From the IMG/VR virus record IMGVR_UViG_3300037478_000558, positions 1 through 56,503 of that record: DNA of 56,503 nucleotides; one strand, written 5' to 3'. A program made the translations under genes and the position numbers. The DNA comes from a virus. Its lineage: Duplodnaviria > Caudoviricetes. Below are positions 8,275 through 18,224 of this stretch, piece after piece (the first letter of the stretch is position 1; the number at the start of each line of letters is the position of its first letter). The notes below the pieces were generated by a model. The model did no database searches and was not told where the DNA came from. It worked only from the letters and a program-made list of their open reading frames with translations.

Positions 8275-10213
8275 ACGTATCCATCGCGCTCGACGGGTTC
8301 TTGGCCGCGTCCTGGAAGGCTGAGACCATGCCGAACACGAAGCGATCCGGGTCGTCGGACTGCACCTCGATGCGCTGGATGGTGACGTTCACCTTCGGCT
8401 TGCTCGTCATGCTATCCGGCATCGCCCGGGGGATGAGCATGTCGTCCTCATCACCCTGGCCATACTTGAGGCCGAAGAGATCGCGGATATCGATCGTGCC
8501 GCGCTGAAGCTCGCGCTCCATGCTGAATATCTGAGAAGCAACCCGCGACCATTCATCGCTGGTCAACTCCATGCGATCGCGGATCTCTTTCTGGAATCTC
8601 ACCGCATCGATCGACCACCGCCCCCGATTCTCGCTGATCAGTTTCTCATCCACCGCAAACTTGAGCAGCGCGCGCTGGGCGTCGATCAGGTCTCGGTCGG
8701 TTTCCTCGAGCACCTTCTGCGCGAGCTCGACGCGCACGCGGCCGAATGGCGACAGCCTATCCAGTTCACCGGCGCGCAATGGCGCCGCGCCCTCCATGGT
8801 GCCCGCTCGCTCGCCGGGGCGCGTGAATCCTTGCAGCTTTGCCCGCTCGAGCGGACCGATCGCATCGGATACCGCGGATCCGGTGAGCTGCTCGATCTGC
8901 GCCTTTGACAGCGCTCCAGTCAGCTCTCCCTTTGCCCGCAACGCGCTCTCTCGCCGCTGCTGCACGTCGAGCATCTGCTTCGTGGCCGTGTCCAAGGCCA
9001 TGCGCTTGCGCGCCGTCTCCTCATCTTGCCGCGACTTCTTCCACCACGCATAGATGCCCTCGAACGCGACCACGGCGAGGCCGATGCCGGGCAGCAGCCG
9101 CGATGCGATCGTCGAACCGAGCGATGCCAATGATGCGCCGGCAGATGCCGCCTTGATCCCCATGGTATCGAAGCCCTTCGAGAGCAACCCGCCACCCATG
9201 CGCTGGAGCAGGTTTCCTCCGCTGGCGAGCCCCCCTCCAAGTAAACCGCCAATCGCCTTCCCCGCGCGCACCGTGGCCCAGACCTTCGCGAGCGTCGTCA
9301 GGGTGCCCGCGTTGTCGACCATGAAGCCGACAGCGTCCTTGACCACGCCGAAGACCTCGCTCAGGCCAGTTCCGAGTTCGGTTACGAGTCGCTGGACCGT
9401 GTCTTGGTTTCCGTCGATCCAGGTATTCCAGCGCTGGATCTCTTCGCCAATGGCCTTGAATAGCGGCAAGCCGGCCTTGCCGAATGTCATCTGGAGATTG
9501 TCCTGGAGCGTCGAAAAAATGCCGTCGAACGTCTGCTCCTGGGCTTTGGCGAGGTTGGACAGTGCGTCCTGCGATAGCGCCTCTGAGAGCACGCGCATGC
9601 GCGCAGCCCCCTCCATCTCGTTGAATCTCTTTCTCCCCTCTTCGCCCTGGAAGCCCTTCGAGCCGAGGATTGCCCCGGTGAATTGGTCCTGCGAATTGAA
9701 GACACCGCGCAACGCTTGCCCCACGTCGCGCGCCGCGGTTTCCGCTTCAATCCCAAGCGCCTTGGATCCCACCACGCTCGCCGCCGTCAGATTCTCCAGA
9801 TCGGCCATTGCCCCGCCCGCCGATAGAATCGGCTGGGTAAGCATCTGGGCCATCTTGACGAATTCCTGCGTTGTCCCGACCGACGCCTTCGCCTTCTCCT
9901 GGAGCTTGCCGACCATGTCGCCGGCCATCTTGAAGCTGTCCGTCCAGCCCGTATCGCTCGAGAGCTGGATCATCCCGGCCATGGTCGTGACCATCTGTTC
10001 CATGTCGGAATTGAACGAGATAAACGCTTTGCGGCCAGCATTCGCAAGCATCCCGACCCCGACCACGCCAGCGAGCTTGCCGAGACCAGCAGATAGCAAG
10101 CCAGCCGACTTGCTCGTCTTGTCGAGCTGGCGCTCCATGCGTCCCAGTCCACCCGTTGCCCGGTCTTCGAGCAGGTAGCGGAGCCGCACGTCGTATACCG
10201 TCGATGTGGCCAT
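8261..10213 (-). CDS. Tape measure protein
   Basis: 650 aa, Ala/Gly-rich and helical, downstream of tail chaperone; TFDGIFSTLQDN motif. Confidence 0.85.
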   Translation of the reverse strand: MATSTVYDVRLRYLLEDRATGGLGRMERQLDKTSKSAGLLSAGLGKLAGVVGVGMLANAGRKAFISFNSDMEQMVTTMAGMIQLSSDTGWTDSFKMAGDMVGKLQEKAKASVGTTQEFVKMAQMLTQPILSAGGAMADLENLTAASVVGSKALGIEAETAARDVGQALRGVFNSQDQFTGAILGSKGFQGEEGRKRFNEMEGAARMRVLSEALSQDALSNLAKAQEQTFDGIFSTLQDNLQMTFGKAGLPLFKAIGEEIQRWNTWIDGNQDTVQRLVTELGTGLSEVFGVVKDAVGFMVDNAGTLTTLAKVWATVRAGKAIGGLLGGGLASGGNLLQRMGGGLLSKGFDTMGIKAASAGASLASLGSTIASRLLPGIGLAVVAFEGIYAWWKKSRQDEETARKRMALDTATKQMLDVQQRRESALRAKGELTGALSKAQIEQLTGSAVSDAIGPLERAKLQGFTRPGERAGTMEGAAPLRAGELDRLSPFGRVRVELAQKVLEETDRDLIDAQRALLKFAVDEKLISENRGRWSIDAVRFQKEIRDRMELTSDEWSRVASQIFSMERELQRGTIDIRDLFGLKYGQGDEDDMLIPRAMPDSMTSKPKVNVTIQRIEVQSDDPDRFVFGMVSAFQDAAKNPSSAMDTFREG

Positions 10214-10781
10214 CAGCGCATGTCTTTCGGGCGCGTTCCTTCGGTGCGATCAATCAGATCCGTGAGCTCCGTGTGCTGTATCCACCGCTCGCGGATCGTC
10301 CACTGCATGAAGGTGTCGAGATCGGGCTGGCTCAGATGCCAGGCGAGCCGTTGCCACTCTCGGACGAGTCGGCGACGGACTTCATCGACGAGTCGAACAT
10401 GCTCTCGACGGGCATCCTGCGCGCGTCGAGAGTTACCGCCTTTCCCGTGGTCTTCGCCGCCTCGAGCTCATCAGAGGTAACCCCGTTGAGCTCGCCGTAG
10501 AAGGCCATCAGATACCGCTTGGTCTTCAGGTTCCATCGATCCATCTCGCGGTAGGCGACGCCGTCCAGGTTGACGAGCTTGTCGTCCACTGCGACGACGG
10601 ACACCCGGATAGACTCGAATTGCTCCTGGCCCATCAGAGCCACCGTGTTCTTTTTCAGCACCGGCGCGATGTGCTTCTCTGCCCAGACAGCCGCCTGGAT
10701 CTCATCGTTGCCGTCGATCTCGCGCATGGTGATTGACCGGCAATTGCAGCCGGCCGGGAGCTCGAATCTCGTTGCTTGCAT
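10213..10781 (-). CDS. Tail assembly chaperone, -1 frameshifted long form (GT-like)
   Basis: G GGA AAG slippery heptamer at 10446-10440; -1 frame open to a TGA overlapping the tape measure ATG. Confidence 0.8.
10332..10781 (-). CDS. Tail assembly chaperone (G-like)
   Basis: Between tube and tape measure genes; contains slippery site. Confidence 0.8.
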   Translation of the reverse strand: MQATRFELPAGCNCRSITMREIDGNDEIQAAVWAEKHIAPVLKKNTVALMGQEQFESIRVSVVAVDDKLVNLDGVAYREMDRWNLKTKRYLMAFYGELNGVTSDELEAAKTTGKAVTLDARRMPVESMFDSSMKSVADSSESGNGSPGI

Positions 10782-10811
10782 GGGTGGTCTTCTTTCCGAT
10801 CTTGCCGATCG

Positions 10812-11255
10812 TTACAGGGCGATCTGCGAGCGCTTCTTGCATTTCAGCTCGAACGAGCTGGTGACGTATTCCTTGCGGCTGGCCACGGATCGGCTGGCCA
10901 CCTTCATGAACACGTCGTGGTAGACCTCGGCCTGATCGGATGCGCCCGACTCACGGTAGGCCCAGATCACGGTGAGCGTGATGTCGGGGTGCCGTCCGCG
11001 GGTCTGCTCGCGGTTGATGATCAGGCTGAGGAAATTGAGCACGCTCTCATCCTCATCGTGCACCGAGAACGAGCCGTCGAAGCCGTGGTGCTGGATGTCG
11101 ATATCACTCTCCAGCTCCCCGATGTAGTCCTCTTCATTGAGGTCGGTACGGGGGGTGATCTCGAGGTCGGTGACGTTGAAAAACGACCCCTCCTGAATCT
11201 CTCCATCCACGGAGAGCCGGATCGTGGCCTCTTGGCCTCTCTGTCGCAGACTCAT
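10812..11255 (-). CDS. Tail tube protein
   Basis: 147 aa acidic beta-rich protein immediately after sheath. Confidence 0.75.
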   Translation of the reverse strand: MSLRQRGQEATIRLSVDGEIQEGSFFNVTDLEITPRTDLNEEDYIGELESDIDIQHHGFDGSFSVHDEDESVLNFLSLIINREQTRGRHPDITLTVIWAYRESGASDQAEVYHDVFMKVASRSVASRKEYVTSSFELKCKKRSQIAL

Positions 11256-12736
11256 TATTCACCCTCGCTGAACTCGATGATCCCGTTCGCGATCGTGGCA
11301 TCCACGACCAGGTGCAGGATGTGATTGATGAGGTTGACCTCCCACAGCAAGCGCTCTACTCCGCGCGCCCGGGTGGCCTGTGTATTCCCGCTGCTCACCA
11401 CAGAGAACGACTCGACGATGCGCTGCTGATCCTGTAGCGACTGCGAGAACGCGATCACTTCGCCGATGAGCTGGATCCGGGTCTCGACAAGGTTCTTCTC
11501 CTTGACGTAGAAGCGCAGGCGGTCCGCCGCCGAGAGCAGGAGGAAGTCCGCCGACCGGCGCCTCGTGATCTCGGTGCGTCCGGCAACGAGCGACGTGGTC
11601 TTGCCTGAACGGAAGACGAATCCATCAGGGAGCCGCTCCAGCGCGCAGATGCCAGCGTCGCGCAAGCTGATCAGGCTTGCCCGCGATAGCGTCGTCTGCT
11701 CCAGTCGCCGGATCGCTGCCGTCTGGCGCGCGGTCCGCTGGGAGCCCGGGTGGATATCGACGTCGTTCTGCGAGAGCACCGACGCCATCCACTCGTGCGG
11801 GCCGGAGAACATCTCCAGGCCGGTCCGGTCGAGCGTGTAGCCGCCGTTGTAGCACCAGACGATCCGATCGCTCCTGGTCGTGATATCAGCGGCGAGGCTG
11901 GCAATCTCGGCCGCCGGCGCCTGACTATCGACGCCAGACCAGGTGAGGAAGATGCGATCATTCACGGCCGCCGCCTGGGTGACGATCGTGCCGTTGAGCG
12001 AGGATTGATCTACAGACTCTCCCGCGAGCAGGACCACGCTGGGGCCCTGCACCGCGGCAAGGAGGTCGATCGCGGTGTTGTAGTCGGCGGCAACCAGGGT
12101 GCCGTCGTCGCCCCCGGCGAGCGCCTCATCCGCGATATTCAGCGGGCGACCATCGGCGAGCTTGGTTACCGTGATCAGCGTGGCCGGGTCATCGCCGATG
12201 ACTTCCGCGAGGTTGTTATTGCCCGCGGTGACGTCGAGGTTGCGGTAGACGGTCTCCTGGCCCTGATAGGTGACGCGGAGATTGAAATGGTCTGCGTCCT
12301 CGTCCGCGGCGTCCTCGACGCTCACGGTTGGCCCGCTGTTGGCCGCGAGCGACCATTCCCCGGCGCTGCTCGCGTCCACCTGAACGATATCGGTCGGAAC
12401 CACATCGGCCAGGTTGACCGTTCCCGCGACCGCATCGGACGCGACTACGCGCTGGATATACAACGTCCCAAAGCGCTTGTTGCGCAGCGCGCGCCAAATC
12501 TCCGATACGATCGGGCCGCCGTCGCCGTAATCGCGATCGCCGTAGATCTCCAGGAACCGCGCCGCATCGGTGATGGTCTGGATCGTCGTCGGCCCGCGCA
12601 CCGTGACCCCGGCCATGCCCACGGCGGATAGATCGCGGCCGCGGATGAACCCCTGCGGATCGCGCTCGATGACATAGAGCCCCTCGAGCTGCTCGATGTC
12701 TGCTTCGTTGCTCGTGAAATATACGTCTGGTGCCAT
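11255..12736 (-). CDS. Tail sheath protein
   Basis: GLYVIE, GMAGVTVRGP, FLEIYG and EITRRRSADF sheath motifs; 493 aa. Confidence 0.88.
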   Translation of the reverse strand: MAPDVYFTSNEADIEQLEGLYVIERDPQGFIRGRDLSAVGMAGVTVRGPTTIQTITDAARFLEIYGDRDYGDGGPIVSEIWRALRNKRFGTLYIQRVVASDAVAGTVNLADVVPTDIVQVDASSAGEWSLAANSGPTVSVEDAADEDADHFNLRVTYQGQETVYRNLDVTAGNNNLAEVIGDDPATLITVTKLADGRPLNIADEALAGGDDGTLVAADYNTAIDLLAAVQGPSVVLLAGESVDQSSLNGTIVTQAAAVNDRIFLTWSGVDSQAPAAEIASLAADITTRSDRIVWCYNGGYTLDRTGLEMFSGPHEWMASVLSQNDVDIHPGSQRTARQTAAIRRLEQTTLSRASLISLRDAGICALERLPDGFVFRSGKTTSLVAGRTEITRRRSADFLLLSAADRLRFYVKEKNLVETRIQLIGEVIAFSQSLQDQQRIVESFSVVSSGNTQATRARGVERLLWEVNLINHILHLVVDATIANGIIEFSEGE

Positions 12737-12750
12737 CGTCGCTATCTCCG

Positions 12751-13311
12751 CTACGGGATAATCGTCGTCTCCGTGATTGGTTCGCCGGTGTCGAGTTCGA
12801 CGTCGATCTCCTCAATCGTCGGTGCTACGTCGGTGCGCAATGCGGGGATCGTCCCCGATACGCTGATGCTCGAGTAGAATTGCTGGTCGCCCGCCTCGTC
12901 ATCCATCCACTCATCATCGTCGAGCTCCCACGAGCAGCGGACCACGCCCAGCTCCTCCAGCTCGAAGTCGGTGAGGATGATGCCGGGCCGTAGCTCGGTG
13001 CCGAGGAACACGTCGAGCACGCGCTGCTCGAGCTCCTCGCGTTCCCCGGTGGTGCTGGCCCCGATGCGAACCTTGATCGTGCCCTCGTGCGAGCCGCGCT
13101 CCAAGACCACGCGATCCGGCGCCGGCACTGAATAGACACGCGCCTGATCCGGGTCGTAGGTCCAGCGGATCGGGTCGATGACCAGGTGCGGGAATTCAAG
13201 CCGGTGGCCAGGGTCGGATTGCCCGACACAGATGCGATCGCGGAGCGCGGGGATCGCGCACGCGAACACCTCGGAGAAGGCCCGTAGCGCTTCTTTGCGG
13301 ATGGACGCCAT
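12751..13311 (-). CDS. Tail terminator/neck protein
   Basis: Synteny upstream of sheath. Confidence 0.55.
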   Translation of the reverse strand: MASIRKEALRAFSEVFACAIPALRDRICVGQSDPGHRLEFPHLVIDPIRWTYDPDQARVYSVPAPDRVVLERGSHEGTIKVRIGASTTGEREELEQRVLDVFLGTELRPGIILTDFELEELGVVRCSWELDDDEWMDDEAGDQQFYSSISVSGTIPALRTDVAPTIEEIDVELDTGEPITETTIIP

Positions 13312-13883
13312 CACTTGCCCCCGAGCGCCTTCTTCATGCGCTGGTCAATCTCCTGGACAGCAATGCGGGTGAACTTCTTCATGTTCTTGCGAACGATGAA
13401 TTTTCCCTTCTGTCCCTTGATGCGTAACTTCCACACGATCGCGTTTGTGACCGCGGTCAGCTTTTGGTTCGATCCGTACATGCCCGGGCGCACCTGCTGG
13501 CCCTTGCCGCCGTAGCTCGCGCGCCTGCTGCGCCCCTTGCCAGCGATCCTGAAGTTGCGACGAACCCACTGATACAGGGCTTCCTTGCCCTCTTGGTTCA
13601 CCGGATGCGGGCGGGCGCCGGCTTCGACGATGCCGGCGTGGGTGGACGTGGATTCGACCACGGCCAGCTCGAACCTCTTTCCGGTGCCCGTGCTGCGCAG
13701 CACCGGATTGCGGACCTTCCACGAGGCTTTCAGTTCGCCCTGATCGACAGGCGATTCATTCACGATGATCGCCCGCGAGCGATGGGCTGCCGCCGTCGAT
13801 GCGTGGACGATAGCCATCTTCGCGCTCTTGCTGTGCGCCTTGATCGCCTTTGCCAGCCCCGCTGGTGTGGTGTGGACGATCAC
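13311..13883 (-). CDS. HK97 gp10-like tail completion protein
   Basis: SPVDQGELKASW and HAGIVEAG motifs; basic. Confidence 0.75.
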   Translation of the reverse strand: MIVHTTPAGLAKAIKAHSKSAKMAIVHASTAAAHRSRAIIVNESPVDQGELKASWKVRNPVLRSTGTGKRFELAVVESTSTHAGIVEAGARPHPVNQEGKEALYQWVRRNFRIAGKGRSRRASYGGKGQQVRPGMYGSNQKLTAVTNAIVWKLRIKGQKGKFIVRKNMKKFTRIAVQEIDQRMKKALGGK

Positions 13884-14368
13884 GCCTTCGCCTCACGGAG
13901 CCAGAGGATCCAGCCCATATCCTTGACGCGGTCCACATACGGAGGCTTGGCATGGATGAAATACTTCTGCTCCGTGCCTTGGCCGTGCGCATCGGTGAGC
14001 TTCAGGAACCACTGCTGATTGCGTGCGAGGTTAGCCGGCCCGCGTAGCTCGGCCTTGGTATAGGTGATGCTCACCTCGCGCAGGGTGATTTGCCCGATCT
14101 CGTCCATGCCGCACGTCTTGAGGTCGAGCTGAAGCCCGGACCCGACGCCCTCCCACGGCTCGACGAGCGGCTGCGGAAGAAGCTCGACCTCGGTGTCGGT
14201 GTACGTTCCTTCGCCGGCTGCTCGCCCGGTCCACTGCCGCGACACGGTGAAGATCCGATATGCGCGCACGCCGAATGCCGGATGCAGATCGCCGCGCAAG
14301 CCGTCGATCACATCGACGACCAGGCTATCGACGAGCACATCGGGATCGAGTATCGCGCTGCCGGCCAT
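13880..14368 (-). CDS. Head closure/neck protein
   Basis: Synteny; beta-rich 162 aa. Confidence 0.5.
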   Translation of the reverse strand: MAGSAILDPDVLVDSLVVDVIDGLRGDLHPAFGVRAYRIFTVSRQWTGRAAGEGTYTDTEVELLPQPLVEPWEGVGSGLQLDLKTCGMDEIGQITLREVSITYTKAELRGPANLARNQQWFLKLTDAHGQGTEQKYFIHAKPPYVDRVKDMGWILWLREAKA

Positions 14369-14371
14369 TGG

Positions 14372-14755
14372 TTATTTGCCTACGTAGTTGGCCGGATACG
14401 AGCCGGGTAGCGGCTTCGTGTTCGCGGGAGAGAAGATGTCGTTGCGGATCTCCACGCCCAGAATGGACGCGATCCGCTTAGCGAACATGCGCCCCTCATC
14501 GCGGAGCTGATCTGGCTCTTCTTTGCGGAGGGTGATCGAGCCGACCTTATCGGCCTTGAAGCGCGAGCGGGCCGCCTCGATCTCTGCATCGATCGTGGTC
14601 AGCTTCACGAGCAGTGCAATAACTTGCGTCTCGTGCTCCGGGCGCGTCTCCAGTGCGCTCATGGCCATTTCCAGCCGTGAGTCGTATTGGAAGAAGCGAG
14701 CCGACCATCCGAGGTAGAGCCGGATGTCGGCCTTCTGCGTCTCCGTCAGGGCCAT
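14372..14755 (-). CDS. Head-tail adaptor protein
   Basis: MALTETQKADIRLYLGW N-terminus, KVGSITL motif; synteny. Confidence 0.6.
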   Translation of the reverse strand: MALTETQKADIRLYLGWSARFFQYDSRLEMAMSALETRPEHETQVIALLVKLTTIDAEIEAARSRFKADKVGSITLRKEEPDQLRDEGRMFAKRIASILGVEIRNDIFSPANTKPLPGSYPANYVGK

Positions 14756-14761
14756 CGCCGG

Positions 14762-15154
14762 TTACTTGGAGATCTTGCTCTCCTGCTCCGCGTCCTTCGT
14801 GGCCTTGCCGCCCTTAGCGCCGTTCTTGGCGTCCTGGACCGCACCCAGCGCGCCGGACTGCTTCAGCGCGCTCATGAGCAACTCGACCTGCTCCTCGAGC
14901 TTCGAGATCTTCTCGTCGCGCGGATCGGGCGGCAATTCGCGCGGCTTCTCCTGCTCGGCGCCCACGAGCGTAAGCCCCTGACGCTCCATGCTTGCGCGCA
15001 GGAGCGCGGGCATCTTCACCTTCTCCCCGGGTCGAACCTCGGTCTCGTCCACGGGCAGACCCGGGCCGTTGAACATCCTGACCGTTACCGGCTTCTCGCC
15101 CGCGTTCACGAACGTCGCCTTCCTGATCGGCGGCTGCTTGTCGAATCGTTCCAT
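14762..15154 (-). CDS. Hypothetical head-associated protein
   Basis: RBS AAGGAG; follows capsid gene. Confidence 0.6.
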   Translation of the reverse strand: MERFDKQPPIRKATFVNAGEKPVTVRMFNGPGLPVDETEVRPGEKVKMPALLRASMERQGLTLVGAEQEKPRELPPDPRDEKISKLEEQVELLMSALKQSGALGAVQDAKNGAKGGKATKDAEQESKISK

Positions 15155-15185
15155 GGTGTTGTGCTCCTTGCAGTAGCGGTGCAGG

Positions 15186-16259
15186 CTACGCGGCGAGATT
15201 GTCCAGGTAGCCCTGCGCGTTGCAGCGCTTCACCTGAACCTGGGGATAGACGAACAACGCGATTTTGAACGCATCTCCGGTAGTGGCGAGCGGCTGAATG
15301 CGCGCGGTAAGGGGCATGCGTCCCTGCCCAAAATGCTCCTCTGGCGTGCCGGCGAGCCCGACCGTTCCCATCGCGCGATTTATCGCATCGGGGCCGTCTG
15401 CGAGCTGGGAGATACCGACGTGCCTGGTCGTCAGCGCGGTGACCTTCTGCGCCGGATGCTGGACGTCCTCGATCACGGGAACGCCGTCGAATTCGAGCAC
15501 GTTGTATCCGCCGTCGAGTTTGATCACCGTGCCATCGCCCATGCGGACCTCGGACACATACCGACGCTCGGCCTGGTACGAGAGCCCGATGCGCTCGTGC
15601 TGGATCGGATCGGTGATGAAGAGATCGGGCTTCTCTCCCGACGCGCTGTAGATCGTACGGCGCAGCTCGCGCATGTAGTTGAACGACTCCTTGATTCCGT
15701 TCGCGCCGGTAGCCGACAGGTTGATGCCGGTCGCATCGACCACGTTGCCTTGCCACTGCGCAACGGACGCCCGCGAGAGCCCCGCATAGACGCCCTGGTC
15801 GCCGATCGCCTCGTTGCCCGCGGCATAGAGCCCATGGATCGTATCCACGGCCCCGGAGCCGCTGTAGACGTCTGCCGCGATGGCGCGGGCGAGCCGCTCC
15901 ACCGAGTCGCCGAGCTCGTCGGCGAAGAGCTGGGCAATCTCGGCCGGATTCCCCGCCGCGCGTGCCCCTGCCAGGGCTTTGCCGGTCAGCGAGAACGCGT
16001 CGTGATAGGTGCCATACTGGAGCACCGCAGGGAGCTTGGTGTCGTTGTTGTAGACCGTGACGTCGGCGCCGTCCGGGATGACCGCGCCGCTCGGCGTGGC
16101 ATCACCGGTCTTGACCACCCACTGGATGTTTTTCCCGGTGCCCATCTTGGCGCCGAGGATTTGGGCCAGGACCACGGCCCGGTTGATCTGGTTCTCGACC
16201 ATGTCCATGAACAGGGCCGCAAGGACCTGGTCGATCGTCGTGAATTGTACGAGAGCCAT
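15186..16259 (-). CDS. Major capsid protein (HK97 fold)
   Basis: 357 aa after scaffold; PDLFITDP and LEFDGVPVIEDV motifs. Confidence 0.85.
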   Translation of the reverse strand: MALVQFTTIDQVLAALFMDMVENQINRAVVLAQILGAKMGTGKNIQWVVKTGDATPSGAVIPDGADVTVYNNDTKLPAVLQYGTYHDAFSLTGKALAGARAAGNPAEIAQLFADELGDSVERLARAIAADVYSGSGAVDTIHGLYAAGNEAIGDQGVYAGLSRASVAQWQGNVVDATGINLSATGANGIKESFNYMRELRRTIYSASGEKPDLFITDPIQHERIGLSYQAERRYVSEVRMGDGTVIKLDGGYNVLEFDGVPVIEDVQHPAQKVTALTTRHVGISQLADGPDAINRAMGTVGLAGTPEEHFGQGRMPLTARIQPLATTGDAFKIALFVYPQVQVKRCNAQGYLDNLAA

Positions 16260-16290
16260 TGAAGGCTACCCCCTTGAGTCGCATGCCGTG

Positions 16291-16369
16291 CTGCGCAGTC
16301 CGCCGCGCTGCTTCGCGTTCCCGGATCGTGAAGATCTGGGTTTCGTCCAGCCTGCGCAGTCCGCCGCGC
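16291..16369. repeat. 18-bp direct repeat CTGCGCAGTCCGCCGCGC x2 in capsid gene leader
   Basis: Copies at 16291-16308 and 16352-16369. Confidence 0.85.
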
Positions 16370-16405
16370 GCGCGTGCGGTGAGGGGGTGCCTCTCCGTGA
16401 TCGAA

Positions 16406-16435
16406 ACTATGCCCCTATATCAGGGGCGTCGTCAA
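16406..16435 (-). promoter_or_regulatory. Putative sigma70-type promoter for capsid gene with palindromic spacer
   Basis: TTGACG-N18-CATAGT on minus strand; GCCCCT-GATAT-AGGGGC inverted repeat in spacer. Confidence 0.5.
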
Positions 16436-16443
16436 TGCGTGTT

Positions 16444-17208
16444 TCAGCCGCCGCGAGTGATGAAATTGCCCAGCGCGTTGATCAGCTCGGCGCGGCTTGG
16501 CTTGCCATCTTTGCCGATCGGCGCCCTTCCGCCCGTGTTACCGCTACCGGCAACTGGTGTCGCGGGCAGATATGCCTTGCCCTCGTCGGTCTTGAGCCAC
16601 TCATTCACGCCATCTTTGATGGGCACGAGTTCCTCGCCCCACTCCTTCTGGACGACGAAGCCGATCTTGCCGTCTTCCTCGCGTACCCGCTGCTGCTCGG
16701 TGTAGAGCAGAGCCAGCGCACCCGGGCGCCGCGCCGCATCGACGCCGGCGCGCTCCAGCTCCTTCTCCAGCTCCGCGCGCTGCTTCGCCCGCGCCTGCGC
16801 AAGTTCAGTATCCTGGCGTTGCTTTTCGCTCTCCTCGAGCTTCCTGCGGAGCGCCGCCTGCTCGGCCTCGAACTTCTTCCACTTCTTCGAGTCCTCGCCC
16901 CTGTCGCGCTTCTTCGGCTCGTCGTCGGGCTCATCGGGCTCGTCGTCGGGCTCGCCTTCCTTGTCCCCCTTGAGCTGATCCGCAATCGACTTGGCAAGCT
17001 CCGAGCGGAACGAGTTCCGGCCGAGCTGCGCCTTGACCGCGCTGTTGACCATGTTCCCGACGCCGGCAAGCTTCTCGTCGATGAGCTTCTGCACCGCATC
17101 CGCGGTGAGGGGTCCGCCGTCCTTGTCCGCGTCGTCATCCTCTGCAGAGCAGACACCGAGCACCATCGGGGCAAATACCCCGGAAAACAGATTGTGGAGC
17201 CTATGCAT
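16444..17208 (-). CDS. Capsid scaffolding protein
   Basis: Charged coiled coil with C-terminal GSGNTGG; directly upstream of capsid gene. Confidence 0.75.
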   Translation of the reverse strand: MHRLHNLFSGVFAPMVLGVCSAEDDDADKDGGPLTADAVQKLIDEKLAGVGNMVNSAVKAQLGRNSFRSELAKSIADQLKGDKEGEPDDEPDEPDDEPKKRDRGEDSKKWKKFEAEQAALRRKLEESEKQRQDTELAQARAKQRAELEKELERAGVDAARRPGALALLYTEQQRVREEDGKIGFVVQKEWGEELVPIKDGVNEWLKTDEGKAYLPATPVAGSGNTGGRAPIGKDGKPSRAELINALGNFITRGG

Positions 17209-17249
17209 ATTTTCCTCCTACTATGACCTATCCATATTTGCCAAGATCT

Positions 17250-18224
17250 TCAAGATCTCGACTTTTGCGTCCACGGTGATCGCTCGATGCGGACCGTATC
17301 CGGTGGCTTCGGGTTCTTCGTCATTCCGGGCAAATCGCCCCATTCCTTCGCCCAGGGCACGAGCACACACCGGCAATTTGGGTGCGCCGGTGGCCTCGCA
17401 TGCGTGCTCGTGAAGGTGACGGGCTTGCCTGCTCGAAGCTCCTTCCATTCGGCCTTGAACTCGCCGTCCAGCGCCACCACTGCGCCGTCCAGCGCCGCGC
17501 ACCGCGGGCAGCGCCGGTGATCCATGGCCGAGTCCCAGCGCATCAAGAGCTCGACGTCGAGCGACTCCTGCGCCTCGTGGAGCCCTTGCTTGTGGATTTC
17601 GTTGTAGCCGTTCATGACCTCGGTGCGGGCCACAAGGTGCGCGCGCCTGCGCATGCCGGTGAACACGTCCGGGATGGATCGCTCTAGCCGGTTGCCGAGC
17701 TGCTCGATGCTCTCGCCTCGAATCTTCCCGGTGGCCAGCTCGAGCGCGAGCCGCTCGCGCGCCCACGAGTCATATCGGCGCAAGCTCGCCCTGTAGTGGC
17801 TCACGAGCAGGTTATCCGCCCTGGACATGATCACCGCGGAGTCCAACGCAACCGGCTGCACCGTGCCCTCGAAGATGTCGCCGAAGTGGAGCAGCGAGCG
17901 CTCGATATGCTTCGTGGCCAGGATGCCGGCTCGGTTCGTGCCCTGTCGGATCGTCTTCTCCAGCTCCGGCCGAATGCGCCCGATCGCGTCCCCTGTTTCC
18001 CGAAGCTGCAAGAGCGCGTTGCGGTACTTCTGCGTCGTGAATCGTTCCTCGCCGTCCTGCCGGGCGAGCCACTCGCGCAAGGCCCGCTCGGTCTCTTGCT
18101 GCGCCCGGGCGATCACCGGAGCGATGCGGGCGAGCGTGTCGCTGTCGAGCGATTCCACGTCACGGACGATCGATTGCAGCAGTGAGCGGTACTCCTCCGC
18201 GATGGGGCCGCGGATGCGGGTCAT
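17250..18224 (-). CDS. Head morphogenesis protein (Mu gpF/SPP1 gp7-like)
   Basis: LVARTE, RCPRCAALDG and PPAHPNCRC motifs. Confidence 0.9.
   Translation of the reverse strand: MTRIRGPIAEEYRSLLQSIVRDVESLDSDTLARIAPVIARAQQETERALREWLARQDGEERFTTQKYRNALLQLRETGDAIGRIRPELEKTIRQGTNRAGILATKHIERSLLHFGDIFEGTVQPVALDSAVIMSRADNLLVSHYRASLRRYDSWARERLALELATGKIRGESIEQLGNRLERSIPDVFTGMRRRAHLVARTEVMNGYNEIHKQGLHEAQESLDVELLMRWDSAMDHRRCPRCAALDGAVVALDGEFKAEWKELRAGKPVTFTSTHARPPAHPNCRCVLVPWAKEWGDLPGMTKNPKPPDTVRIERSPWTQKSRS

Noticed and set aside
194-12736. Tailocin/eCIS or T6SS locus
   Set aside because: Capsid, portal and terminase genes are present, so this is a genuine phage tail
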